Assembly (NCBI GenBank): GCA_902570155.1
Contig: CACFXU010000005.1
Span: 50,529-114,528, forward strand
From: an uncultured Alphaproteobacteria bacterium
Lineage (GTDB): Bacteria > Pseudomonadota > Alphaproteobacteria > HIMB59 > GCA-002718135
Direction of reading: 5' to 3'
Length of the DNA stretch: 64,000 nt
This document shows positions 32,418 through 41,617 of this stretch, piece by piece. Position numbers and translations under genes: made by a program. Each line of letters opens with the position of its first letter. Position 1 is the first letter of the stretch. The notes beneath the pieces are model-generated. The model was not told the origin of the DNA, did no database searches, and worked only from the letters and a program-made list of their open reading frames with translations.

Positions 32418-33713
32418 TTACATCGCTGCTTTAGCTTCTAAAGCAACCTGCCTAATAAAATCCATAGCTTCTTGTGGAGTCTTCGTTCTATTTAGAATTT
32501 CAGTACCCATATCAAGATAAGCATTTGAAACATTAGCTTCTAATAAAACATCCAAAACATTTACGTGACCTGTTTTGTCTGCAATATCATTAACATAAAA
32601 ATTAAACCAATGAGTTGGATTACTCATTTCGCCAATTTTTGTTGGATTAGAAGGCATGAAACCCATTAGTTCAGCTGCTTGCAATGCCATATCATCTGAA
32701 ACCATAAACGAAGCAACATGTGCTGCAATTTCAGGATGTGCAGTTTTTGCTGATACCATCATGCCAGATGGAACAAGGAAACCTACAGTTGCTGCACCAG
32801 CACCACCAACTACTTCTGGGAATCTAAAATAGCTAAAGTCAGAAAAACCTTCACTATTAAAGATACCTCCACACCATGTACCACAATAAATCATTGGTGA
32901 AATTTGTGATGCAAACATTGATCTTGTTAGCTCTGGATGTGTAGCGTTTGGAGCATCTTGGAAACAACCTGCATCTTGCAGATCTACAACTTTTTGCCAA
33001 GCCTCAACATACGCTGGGTTAGTAAATAACTCATCTTCTGATGCAGATAAGTTATAATCTGCCGCAGTATTTTCTTCACCTACAACTCTTTGGTTTAACA
33101 TAGTTATAACGTGATTGAGTTTCCATCTTTCTGAGTTTCCTAGAGGCCATGGAACAATAGATGAATCAATTGCTCTAATATCTCTACAAAGATTTAATAA
33201 GTCATCAAATGTCTTTGGTACTGCCAAACTGTTTGCTTCAAAAAAAGCAGGGTCATAGTGAAAATATTTTGAGACTGAAGTATTTGGTACTCCATATATT
33301 TTACCATTAACAGCAGTTGTATTTGATAATCCTTCACTAATGTAATTACCATATCCACCTTCAACATTTGCGTAAGGAGTTATATCTAATGCTAATCCTG
33401 CTCTTGCTAAACGAGCACTATCTTCCCCAAACCAGTTAAAGAATACGTCTGGTCCATCATTACCATTTAAGGCCACTTGAATTTGAGTTTTATAAGCTTC
33501 ATTTTCAAATGTTTGTAAAATGATGTTTACATCAGGATTAATTTTTTTGTATTCTTTATTAAGATTATCGTAAAATTCATCCTGTCCGTTCCTACCACTT
33601 AAATCCCATATTGTTATATCAACAGCATAACTTGAAGTTATAAAACCAAATGATAAAAATAATGAGAAAATAAATAAGTAAATTTTTTTAGTAATAAATT
33701 TTAAAAAATTCAT
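32418..33713 (-). CDS. carbohydrate ABC substrate-binding protein (CUT1)
   Basis: Signal peptide ending SYA, GPDVFFNW, GKIYGVP; GGGAGG SD precedes ATG 33713. Confidence 0.9.
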   Translation of the reverse strand: MNFLKFITKKIYLFIFSLFLSFGFITSSYAVDITIWDLSGRNGQDEFYDNLNKEYKKINPDVNIILQTFENEAYKTQIQVALNGNDGPDVFFNWFGEDSARLARAGLALDITPYANVEGGYGNYISEGLSNTTAVNGKIYGVPNTSVSKYFHYDPAFFEANSLAVPKTFDDLLNLCRDIRAIDSSIVPWPLGNSERWKLNHVITMLNQRVVGEENTAADYNLSASEDELFTNPAYVEAWQKVVDLQDAGCFQDAPNATHPELTRSMFASQISPMIYCGTWCGGIFNSEGFSDFSYFRFPEVVGGAGAATVGFLVPSGMMVSAKTAHPEIAAHVASFMVSDDMALQAAELMGFMPSNPTKIGEMSNPTHWFNFYVNDIADKTGHVNVLDVLLEANVSNAYLDMGTEILNRTKTPQEAMDFIRQVALEAKAAM

Positions 33714-33834
33714 TTTTCCTCCCAAATTATTAAAATGATGAATTTAATCTAGCCGATATAGAAATTTATACAATAATTTAAAATGGCAATTTTTTTTTAA
33801 AATAAAGATATTTTTGTTAGATTTCTGGTATTTT

Positions 33835-35337
33835 TTAGAAATAATTTTTTAATAATTCTTCAGGAGGATCATAAGTTTTAATTTCTTCCAACATGATATT
33901 TTTATATTTAGTCATTAAGGCAATATCATTAACTGGGCTTAATTGACCTGGATCTTTTTTTAAATCATAAAGTGCACATTTAGTATCTTCTAAAGATTTA
34001 TGAGGATCAGTCTTTCGAAGTATTCTGTTTACTTTCATTACTGGTATGTTCTTAGTAAAATCAAAAGGCTCATGCATAGTTGCTGTTTGTAACTCTTCAT
34101 GTGAAAAAAATTGTCTCATATTTGTAGGCATTAAAGTATATTGGAATCTACTTCTATCGTACTGATCAAAATTTTCAGGATAGTGAAAATACGAATATTT
34201 TCCATCAGAGATATTAATTCCACCGCCCCAATATCCATACAAAGCAAAATAATCATTTTCATTATCTTTATCTAAAAAATTCAAAATGGACTTACCTTTT
34301 ACTTCTTTAGGAACATCATGGCCGTGCATTGTCATAAACGTAGGCATCAGATCAATATTTTGTGTTACAACATTTCTTTGTTCACCAGAATGATCTTTAA
34401 ATTCAGGATGATAGAAATAGAACGGAATATTAGCAATTTCATTATATAAAGGCATTCTATTTTTAGCCCACCAATCATGTTCTCCGAGCATAAAGCCATG
34501 ATCAGTAGTTAAAATCAATGCAGTGTCATCCCATAAATTATTTTTATCAAAATAATCTAAGACAGTACCTAACAAGTAATCACATAAACCAATTAAAGCA
34601 ATGTAGTTGGCTTTTAATTCCGCAACTTCATCATCTGTTTCTTTAACTCTGTCATATTGAGGCCAATCTAATCTTGGACCTTTGTAATTAGTTTTTAATT
34701 TTTCTCTAAAGCGTTCAGGTGCAAAGAAAGGTTCGTGTGGATCAAAAGTTTCCAATTGAAGAAACCAGTTATCAGCATCTTTATTGATATTAATAAAATC
34801 TAATCCAGATTGAAAGCATTTGACTGAAGGAAAATCTTTTTCTTCTTTAATAAACTCACTATTGATTGCGTAATGATAATAACCTGTTTCCCTATCAGTT
34901 AAATTTAATTGAGATTGATGATATTTTTCTCTCAATTTTTCAAGAGGTGGTTGAACCATAGCTTTCCATGGATCACTCTCTTGTCCTCTAATAAAATCCC
35001 AAGAATTAAATCTATTATGATATGTTGCACCACCATCTTCGAAGTAATGATAATGATCAGTTACAAGATGAGTATATGTGTTATTAAGTCTTAAGATTTC
35101 TGGAAATGAATTATCAAATGGTTCTAAAGGACCCCATGCACGGTGCAAAAAGCTTAAGCGTCCCGAGTGCATATCACGTCTTGCGGGCATACATGGCATA
35201 CTTCCAATATAATGATTATTAAATTGAACTGATTTTTCTGCTAATCGGTTAAAATTTGGTGTTTCAATATATTTACCACCATAAGAATTTAACATTCTTT
35301 TATTTAATGAATCAAATAAAAGGAAAACTGTTTTCAT
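33835..35337 (-). CDS. Cys-type sulfatase-family hydrolase
   Basis: FDSL, CMPAR, FDPHEPF, TDHG; no signal peptide visible. Confidence 0.9.
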   Translation of the reverse strand: MKTVFLLFDSLNKRMLNSYGGKYIETPNFNRLAEKSVQFNNHYIGSMPCMPARRDMHSGRLSFLHRAWGPLEPFDNSFPEILRLNNTYTHLVTDHYHYFEDGGATYHNRFNSWDFIRGQESDPWKAMVQPPLEKLREKYHQSQLNLTDRETGYYHYAINSEFIKEEKDFPSVKCFQSGLDFININKDADNWFLQLETFDPHEPFFAPERFREKLKTNYKGPRLDWPQYDRVKETDDEVAELKANYIALIGLCDYLLGTVLDYFDKNNLWDDTALILTTDHGFMLGEHDWWAKNRMPLYNEIANIPFYFYHPEFKDHSGEQRNVVTQNIDLMPTFMTMHGHDVPKEVKGKSILNFLDKDNENDYFALYGYWGGGINISDGKYSYFHYPENFDQYDRSRFQYTLMPTNMRQFFSHEELQTATMHEPFDFTKNIPVMKVNRILRKTDPHKSLEDTKCALYDLKKDPGQLSPVNDIALMTKYKNIMLEEIKTYDPPEELLKNYF

Positions 35338-35368
35338 AAAAATTAGATTAATACGAAAAAAAAAATTA

Positions 35369-36736
35369 TTAAAGTTTTTTCTTTAATCTATGAAAAGAAT
35401 CAGGATTTAATCCCATTTGACCAGGATTATTTACATTTTTAGCTTTTGTAATTTTAGTTGTAATATTTTCAACTTTTCTAATTTTACTTTTAATCTTTTT
35501 TCTTAAAGAGTTTACTATTTCATCATAAGTACTAATACCAATTAAGTTATTTAATTCGTACGGATCAGCATCAAGATCGTATAGATTTGTTTCTGTGTAT
35601 TGATTTGATGAAGGTTTGTCACTTCCATTAGAATCTTGATCAGCAATACAATATTTCCATTTTTCAGTTCTTAAACTTCTAGCTAATTGACTTTCACTAA
35701 TTTGGATAAAAATTTCGTTATCCCATTTTTTGGAAGTTTTATTCACTAAAGGCAATACTGATCTACCATCGCAATGGGAAGTATTTTTGACTTTTGCTAA
35801 ATCTAATATTGTTGCGTGAATATCTAGAATGTTGGTAAGTTCTTTTATACGTCCACCTTGCTGAAAGACATTTCCAATCAAAGATGTAGGAACTCGTATT
35901 GAACTTTCATGACATGAGCGTTTATATTCTCTATTTCGTGTTTTAAAATTATTTCCATGATCAGATGTAAAAATAATGGCACTATCATCAAATAATTTTA
36001 AACTTTTGATGACATCAATCATTCTGCCATAAGCTTCATCTATTCTCTTCACCATTCCATAGTAACCACCTAAATGCCGAGGAGAAGATCCAACTAGAGA
36101 TGAAAGATCTGGTGGTGACCACTTGCCTGTATATTTTTCTCTGTATCCAATAGGTGGTGGATAATCATCTGTATTATTTTGATGATGTGGCTCAATAAGA
36201 GAAACGAAAAGAAAAAATGGTTTTTTTTGATTTAGTTTTATAAAATTTATAGCTGCATCAGTTATTGCATCAACTCTATATCCTGGAAGAAATACTTTTT
36301 TATTTTGTCCATCATAAACATATGTTTCATAAGCATCAGAAGTAAATTCTAATAGATTTGATCCCAACCAATAATCATAACCACCTCTATCCTCTTTTTT
36401 AACAGGTTCAGATGAGCCGAGGTGCCACTTTCCAATATATCCAGTAGCATATCCTTCTTTTGATAAATGTTTTGCTAGAGTTTTAATATTTTTTTTTAAA
36501 GGTATTCTATTTTTAAAACATCCAGTTTTTGTTGCATACATTCCTGATTGTAATGAAGCTCTTGCAGGCCCACAAACTGGTTGGCATGTAAATGAATTAT
36601 AAAGATGTGTACCTTCTACTGCATAATGATCGAAGTTCTCCATCAAGGATAATGGATTGCCATGTAAACCAGAAGTATCCCAACGTTGTTGATCAGTAAA
36701 AAATACAATAATATTTGGTTTAGATTTAATATTCAT
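35369..36736 (-). CDS. Cys-type sulfatase-family hydrolase
   Basis: PNII...TDQQR, CGPAR, GKWHL, EPHHQ, SDHG. Confidence 0.9.
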   Translation of the reverse strand: MNIKSKPNIIVFFTDQQRWDTSGLHGNPLSLMENFDHYAVEGTHLYNSFTCQPVCGPARASLQSGMYATKTGCFKNRIPLKKNIKTLAKHLSKEGYATGYIGKWHLGSSEPVKKEDRGGYDYWLGSNLLEFTSDAYETYVYDGQNKKVFLPGYRVDAITDAAINFIKLNQKKPFFLFVSLIEPHHQNNTDDYPPPIGYREKYTGKWSPPDLSSLVGSSPRHLGGYYGMVKRIDEAYGRMIDVIKSLKLFDDSAIIFTSDHGNNFKTRNREYKRSCHESSIRVPTSLIGNVFQQGGRIKELTNILDIHATILDLAKVKNTSHCDGRSVLPLVNKTSKKWDNEIFIQISESQLARSLRTEKWKYCIADQDSNGSDKPSSNQYTETNLYDLDADPYELNNLIGISTYDEIVNSLRKKIKSKIRKVENITTKITKAKNVNNPGQMGLNPDSFHRLKKKL

Positions 36737-36748
36737 TATGATTTAGAT

Positions 36749-38248
36749 TTATTTACTAAAAGGTTTTCCTTTATATTTTCTTAGATTGTCAGCGTGTTTT
36801 TTTCTATCTGTTTTTTCAAGACGCTCAACATATGTATTCCAGACTTTTGAATAAATATTTGCATGATGAGGACCGCCTTCTCTAATTACACCTTGAAGTG
36901 GATCTCCTCTATCAGCCTCATACATATTTTCTTCAATCCACTCATCGATTAAAAACATCCCATGCGCTACGAGATCTTTATGGTGATCTGCTAGATTATT
37001 CAACTCGTGCGGATCCTTTTCAATATCGAAAAGCATATATTTTGGAAAATCTTTTAAACCAGTATCGTACGTTCTTATCAGTAACCAATTATCCCATCTT
37101 ACAGATCTTTGACAACTCCAAGCACCATGACTAATAACTAAATAATCTCTTCCATTTGATGATTTACTATTAGTTAAATTTTCAGTGAAATTAATACCAT
37201 CCCATCTATCAGGTTGAGTAGATGAAGTAATTTGAGAAATAGTTGAAGTTAAATCTAAATTATAAAATTTATTCTCTACAGTACTTCCTTTATTTGTATC
37301 TGTTATCCCCGGCCATCTAATTATTAATGGAACTCTATTAGTTATATGATCAGCTGTTTGGTGATCTCCCCAAACATTTAACTCGCCTTGATTTTCTCCA
37401 TGGTCTGCTGAAATAATTATTGCTGTATCATCCCAAAGATTCATTTTTTTTAAGTCTTCAAAAACTTTATTTAAATAAAAATCAGCGTACTTAATTCCAG
37501 TATCATATGCATCAATTTGTTCTTTAGCATCAGAAGTATTTTTAATTTCACCTACTCCCATTGTATACTTTCCTCCAAGATCTTCATCAAATCCTGGAAC
37601 TTCTCTAGCGCTGTGCGGTCCGAAACTATTCCTTTGTTTTTGAATTAATTCTTCTGTTACCCATTCTTCGATAGGATCATCTTTAAAAGGATTTCCAAAG
37701 TCTTCAGGCGTATCATACGGAGTATGAGGATCCCACATATTTACATGTAAGAACCAATTTTCTTTTTCTCCATTATTTTCTAACCACTTTTTTATAACAG
37801 GGTAGACTTCATCAGCATTTTCTAAACCACCTTTTCCAGTGTCATATGTTTCGGTAAAACCAAACCAAACTTGATAGGCCGTATGTCTTTCAGGAAAAGG
37901 ACTAATACTAGCTGTATAATATCCTGCATCTCGAAGAACTTTACCAAGAGATGTAAAAGCATATTCTCCTCTTAAACCGCCTTTAAATTCTCTATTCCAA
38001 ATATTTTTTCTAGGAGCAATATCAGAGAATTCACCGCCATGATTAACAACTCCAGTTTTGAAACCAAAATTACCACCGAACAAAGAAGTTCTACTAGGTA
38101 GGCATGGTGTGTCAGTTGAATAAAAATTTGTAAACTTGACTCCTTCTTTTGCTATTGAGTCAATCGTAGGAGATGTGTTTCTATGATAACCATAACATCC
38201 TAAATGATCAGGTCTTAAAGAGTCTATGTCTACGTATAAAATTCTCAT
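36749..38248 (-). CDS. Cys-type sulfatase-family hydrolase
   Basis: DSLRPDHLGCYG, CLPSR, WDPHTPY, ADHGE. Confidence 0.9.
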   Translation of the reverse strand: MRILYVDIDSLRPDHLGCYGYHRNTSPTIDSIAKEGVKFTNFYSTDTPCLPSRTSLFGGNFGFKTGVVNHGGEFSDIAPRKNIWNREFKGGLRGEYAFTSLGKVLRDAGYYTASISPFPERHTAYQVWFGFTETYDTGKGGLENADEVYPVIKKWLENNGEKENWFLHVNMWDPHTPYDTPEDFGNPFKDDPIEEWVTEELIQKQRNSFGPHSAREVPGFDEDLGGKYTMGVGEIKNTSDAKEQIDAYDTGIKYADFYLNKVFEDLKKMNLWDDTAIIISADHGENQGELNVWGDHQTADHITNRVPLIIRWPGITDTNKGSTVENKFYNLDLTSTISQITSSTQPDRWDGINFTENLTNSKSSNGRDYLVISHGAWSCQRSVRWDNWLLIRTYDTGLKDFPKYMLFDIEKDPHELNNLADHHKDLVAHGMFLIDEWIEENMYEADRGDPLQGVIREGGPHHANIYSKVWNTYVERLEKTDRKKHADNLRKYKGKPFSK

Positions 38249-38264
38249 CTTTATCCTTTCTTAA

Positions 38265-39806
38265 TTAAGCGCCTGAAACTCTTTTCATTTTTGATGTTTC
38301 ATCTTTTAATGTGGCTTGCGCAAACTTAAATAATAAATCTTTTTTTAATGTTTGTGCGTTCGTATTATCCCATAAATTATTATATTCGTTTGGATCATTT
38401 TCTAAATCAAAAAGTTCACCGTAGTTAGCTTCTCGGTAAATAGAGATTTTATAATTATCATTAATGTAAGTTTTTAAATGTGGCATTCTTGGATTATGTC
38501 TATTTTCAACAAATATATGTGAACGGATACTTTCCTTGTTGCCATAAAATACATCCGTTTGATCCACTCCTTGCATTTGAGTTGGTATATCAATGCCCGC
38601 AACTTTTAAAAATGTTGGCGCAAGATCAACTAAACTCAATAAAGATGAAGATGATGAATTTTGAGGAACTTTATCTGGCCATCTAACAATAAATGGTAAA
38701 CGGAGCATATCTTCATAGTGGAATGGTCCTTTAGCAATTAAACCATGCTGTCCTATAAAGTGACCATGATCAGTAGTAAAAATAATTATGGTATTATCAA
38801 GTTCACCCATTTGATCTAACTTATTAATTATTTTTCCAATATTCTTATCCATAAAACTAACCATGCCATAATAAATTGCCATGTCTTTTTTTAATTCTTC
38901 AATAGGATACAGATGACTCATGCATCCATGAGCGTTAAATGGTGAATGCCAATTTTCAAAATTAGGATTTGTCGTTTGTGTTTTTCCAAAATGTGGTGGA
39001 TTTAATTCGTGTTCACCTTCTTTTAACGTTCCAGGTGACATGTCTTCTGGATTATACATTGATGCCCATGGTTCACTTAATACATATGGTGGATGTGGAT
39101 CCTGAAAACTTGTCCAAAGAAAAAATGGCTTGTCATCTTTTTGTTGATCTAAAAATTCAATTGATCTTTCGGCTGTCCAATTTGTGTAGTGATGTTTTTC
39201 GTCTAACTTCCATACCCTATCCGGTCTTGCCCAGTAGTCATATTCACGAGCAATAGGAGGAGCATATTTAGAAGTTTCACCAGGCACTGGTTGAAAATAT
39301 TCTTTCCAATCACTAAGACCGTTTTGTTCCATCCAAATTGCATAATGTTGACCTACATGACTTTCATCTGCATGATTACGTGCTAGCTCAATATGTTCAA
39401 AGCCATACCAAGGTCCTTTAAAATTTTTCCAAAATTCTAAATCTCTTAAAGTTGGTTGTCCTTCTATAGATTCCTGACCTGGAACTGAAGTTAATGGCTG
39501 GAAATGAGCTTTACCAATTAAACCAGTAGAGTAACCATTTTTGTATAAAAGTTCTCCAATAGTTTCTACTTCTTCATCTAATTTAACACCAATTGTCCAA
39601 GCTCCATGAGAAGACGGATATTGTCCAGTAATAATACTTGCTCTTGATGGTGTACAAACTGGTGATGGACAATAAGCTCTTGTAAAATTCATTCCTTCAT
39701 CACAAAGCTTATCTAAATACGGTGTTTGTATTTTTGAATTAAATTTTCCGATAGTATCATGATGCTGTTGATCGGAAGTTATTAATAAAATATTTGGCCT
39801 TTTCAT
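38265..39806 (-). CDS. Cys-type sulfatase-family hydrolase
   Basis: RPNILLITSDQ, CTPSR, GKAHF, DPHPPY, TDHG. Confidence 0.9.
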   Translation of the reverse strand: MKRPNILLITSDQQHHDTIGKFNSKIQTPYLDKLCDEGMNFTRAYCPSPVCTPSRASIITGQYPSSHGAWTIGVKLDEEVETIGELLYKNGYSTGLIGKAHFQPLTSVPGQESIEGQPTLRDLEFWKNFKGPWYGFEHIELARNHADESHVGQHYAIWMEQNGLSDWKEYFQPVPGETSKYAPPIAREYDYWARPDRVWKLDEKHHYTNWTAERSIEFLDQQKDDKPFFLWTSFQDPHPPYVLSEPWASMYNPEDMSPGTLKEGEHELNPPHFGKTQTTNPNFENWHSPFNAHGCMSHLYPIEELKKDMAIYYGMVSFMDKNIGKIINKLDQMGELDNTIIIFTTDHGHFIGQHGLIAKGPFHYEDMLRLPFIVRWPDKVPQNSSSSSLLSLVDLAPTFLKVAGIDIPTQMQGVDQTDVFYGNKESIRSHIFVENRHNPRMPHLKTYINDNYKISIYREANYGELFDLENDPNEYNNLWDNTNAQTLKKDLLFKFAQATLKDETSKMKRVSGA

Positions 39807-39808
39807 AT

Positions 39809-40660
39809 TTACCCTTTTACAGCTCCTTGAACACCTTCAACGAAATATTTTTGCATAAACAAAAACAAAATAATTATAGGCAAAATAGTTATAACAGATG
39901 CAGCTGCCATACCAGACCAATCGACAAAGTATTCACCTTTAAAAGCGTACACACCTACGGATAGTGTTCGTATATCAGGATTACCTAGAGTGATAACGAC
40001 TGGTAATAAAAAGTCATTCCATGCATGTAAAACTTGTAGAATAGAAACTGTAGCTACTACTGGTTTTGTTAAAGGTAACATGATTGAAATAAATGTTCGA
40101 ACAAAGCCCGCTCCATCCATTTTAGCTGCTTCTTCAAGCTCTACAGGAACTCTTGAAAAATATCCTGCAAACAATAGAATATAAATTACAGGGGTGTGTC
40201 CTGCTGTTGCGAGTGTTAGTCCAATTAAGTTTTTAGAAATATTTAAATTATTTAATAAATCAAAAACAGGAATAATTGTGTAACCTTGAGGAATAAAAAT
40301 TGTACTAATTAAAATTCCAATAAGTATTTTTTTTCCTGGAAAAGAATATCTTCCAATTACGTAACCAAACATACCAGTTGTTACGACAACTATAATTACC
40401 GAAACAACTGTAATAATCAGGGTATTAAAAAAATACCTACCCATGTTTGCACCAAACCATGCTCTTTCAAAATTTTCCCAAACAAGCCGGTCAGGGATTA
40501 ACCCTAAACCACCCCAAATTTCAAAATCAGTTTTGAAAGAGGCTGAAAGTACCCACAGCAATGGATAGATCCAAAAGAAAGAGAAAATAATAAAAGCTAT
40601 TGTTATAATTAAATATTTAACTTGGTTTTTTTCAGCAATAAAATTTAAGTATCTACTCAT
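39809..40660 (-). CDS. carbohydrate ABC permease (MalG-like)
   Basis: ELEEAAKMDG, WNDFLLP, GAVKG; start set at 40660 (ATGA overlap with the upstream gene). Confidence 0.9.
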   Translation of the reverse strand: MSRYLNFIAEKNQVKYLIITIAFIIFSFFWIYPLLWVLSASFKTDFEIWGGLGLIPDRLVWENFERAWFGANMGRYFFNTLIITVVSVIIVVVTTGMFGYVIGRYSFPGKKILIGILISTIFIPQGYTIIPVFDLLNNLNISKNLIGLTLATAGHTPVIYILLFAGYFSRVPVELEEAAKMDGAGFVRTFISIMLPLTKPVVATVSILQVLHAWNDFLLPVVITLGNPDIRTLSVGVYAFKGEYFVDWSGMAAASVITILPIIILFLFMQKYFVEGVQGAVKG

Positions 40661-41571
40661 ATTCTTCGAGTTCTCCTCATCCATAATCCTTGAAGTACTG
40701 TAATAAATAGAACAGCAACACCCCAAAATACACCTGCAGCACAAGCGTATCCAAGCCGAGGCATTGTGCCAGAGTCAGTTACAAAAGCTGTTCTAAAAAT
40801 ATATATTTCCATAACTTCACTACTAAAGAATGGTCCTCCAGCGGTCATAGTTTCAATTAAAGGAAAAACATTTAGCGCTCCAACTGCCTCCACAAGAATA
40901 ATGACAATAGCAAAAGGTAGTACAATTGGTAAAATAATATGGATCCATAATCTGTATCCCTCAGCACCATCAATTTTTGCAGCATCGTAAACATCTTGTG
41001 GAACTGTTTGTAAAGCAGCAAGCCAATACATCATGGTTATCCCTAACCATTTCCAAACATATACTCCCATTACAGTCGGAAGCACTGTGTCTGGATTTCC
41101 AAGAAAATCAATTGGAGCAGAAGTTAAATTAGTAGACATTAAAAATTTATTCGCAGGTCCATTAAAAGGGCTAAATACAAAAGTCATTACAATACCAATG
41201 ATAGCAATTGCAGTAACTACAGGCATAAAGATTACAGTACGAAAGAAAGGGGCAAGTTTTAAAACCTGATTATTTAAAAATACTGCAATAATGAAACCTA
41301 AAACTATTTTTACTGGAACTGTTCCAAACATAAAAATAAATGAACGAATAAATGCATCCCAAAAAAATTCGTCATTGACAGCTTCATAATAATTTTGAAG
41401 GCCAATAAATTTTGCTTCTTTTGTAAAACCACTCCAATCTAATAAAGAAAAGTACCAAGACATACCAATAGGATAAATGACAAACATTCCTGTAAGAATT
41501 GAGCATGGCAAAACAAATAAGTAACACCATCTTGCATCATATATTTGTTTAGATAGAGGTTTTTTGTGCAT
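40657..41571 (-). CDS. carbohydrate ABC permease (MalF-like)
   Basis: IGLQNY, YDAAKIDGA, TAGGP. Confidence 0.92.
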   Translation of the reverse strand: MHKKPLSKQIYDARWCYLFVLPCSILTGMFVIYPIGMSWYFSLLDWSGFTKEAKFIGLQNYYEAVNDEFFWDAFIRSFIFMFGTVPVKIVLGFIIAVFLNNQVLKLAPFFRTVIFMPVVTAIAIIGIVMTFVFSPFNGPANKFLMSTNLTSAPIDFLGNPDTVLPTVMGVYVWKWLGITMMYWLAALQTVPQDVYDAAKIDGAEGYRLWIHIILPIVLPFAIVIILVEAVGALNVFPLIETMTAGGPFFSSEVMEIYIFRTAFVTDSGTMPRLGYACAAGVFWGVAVLFITVLQGLWMRRTRRI

Positions 41572-41574
41572 AAT

Positions 41575-41606
41575 AAAAAAAAGGCGAATTTAAAAAATTC
41601 GCCTTT
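41575..41606 (-). terminator. intrinsic terminator-like hairpin between binding-protein and permease genes
   Basis: aaaggcgaattt-aaa-aaattcgccttt (41580-41606) followed by a U-tract on the minus strand. Confidence 0.75.
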
Positions 41607-41617
41607 AGATATTTTGT

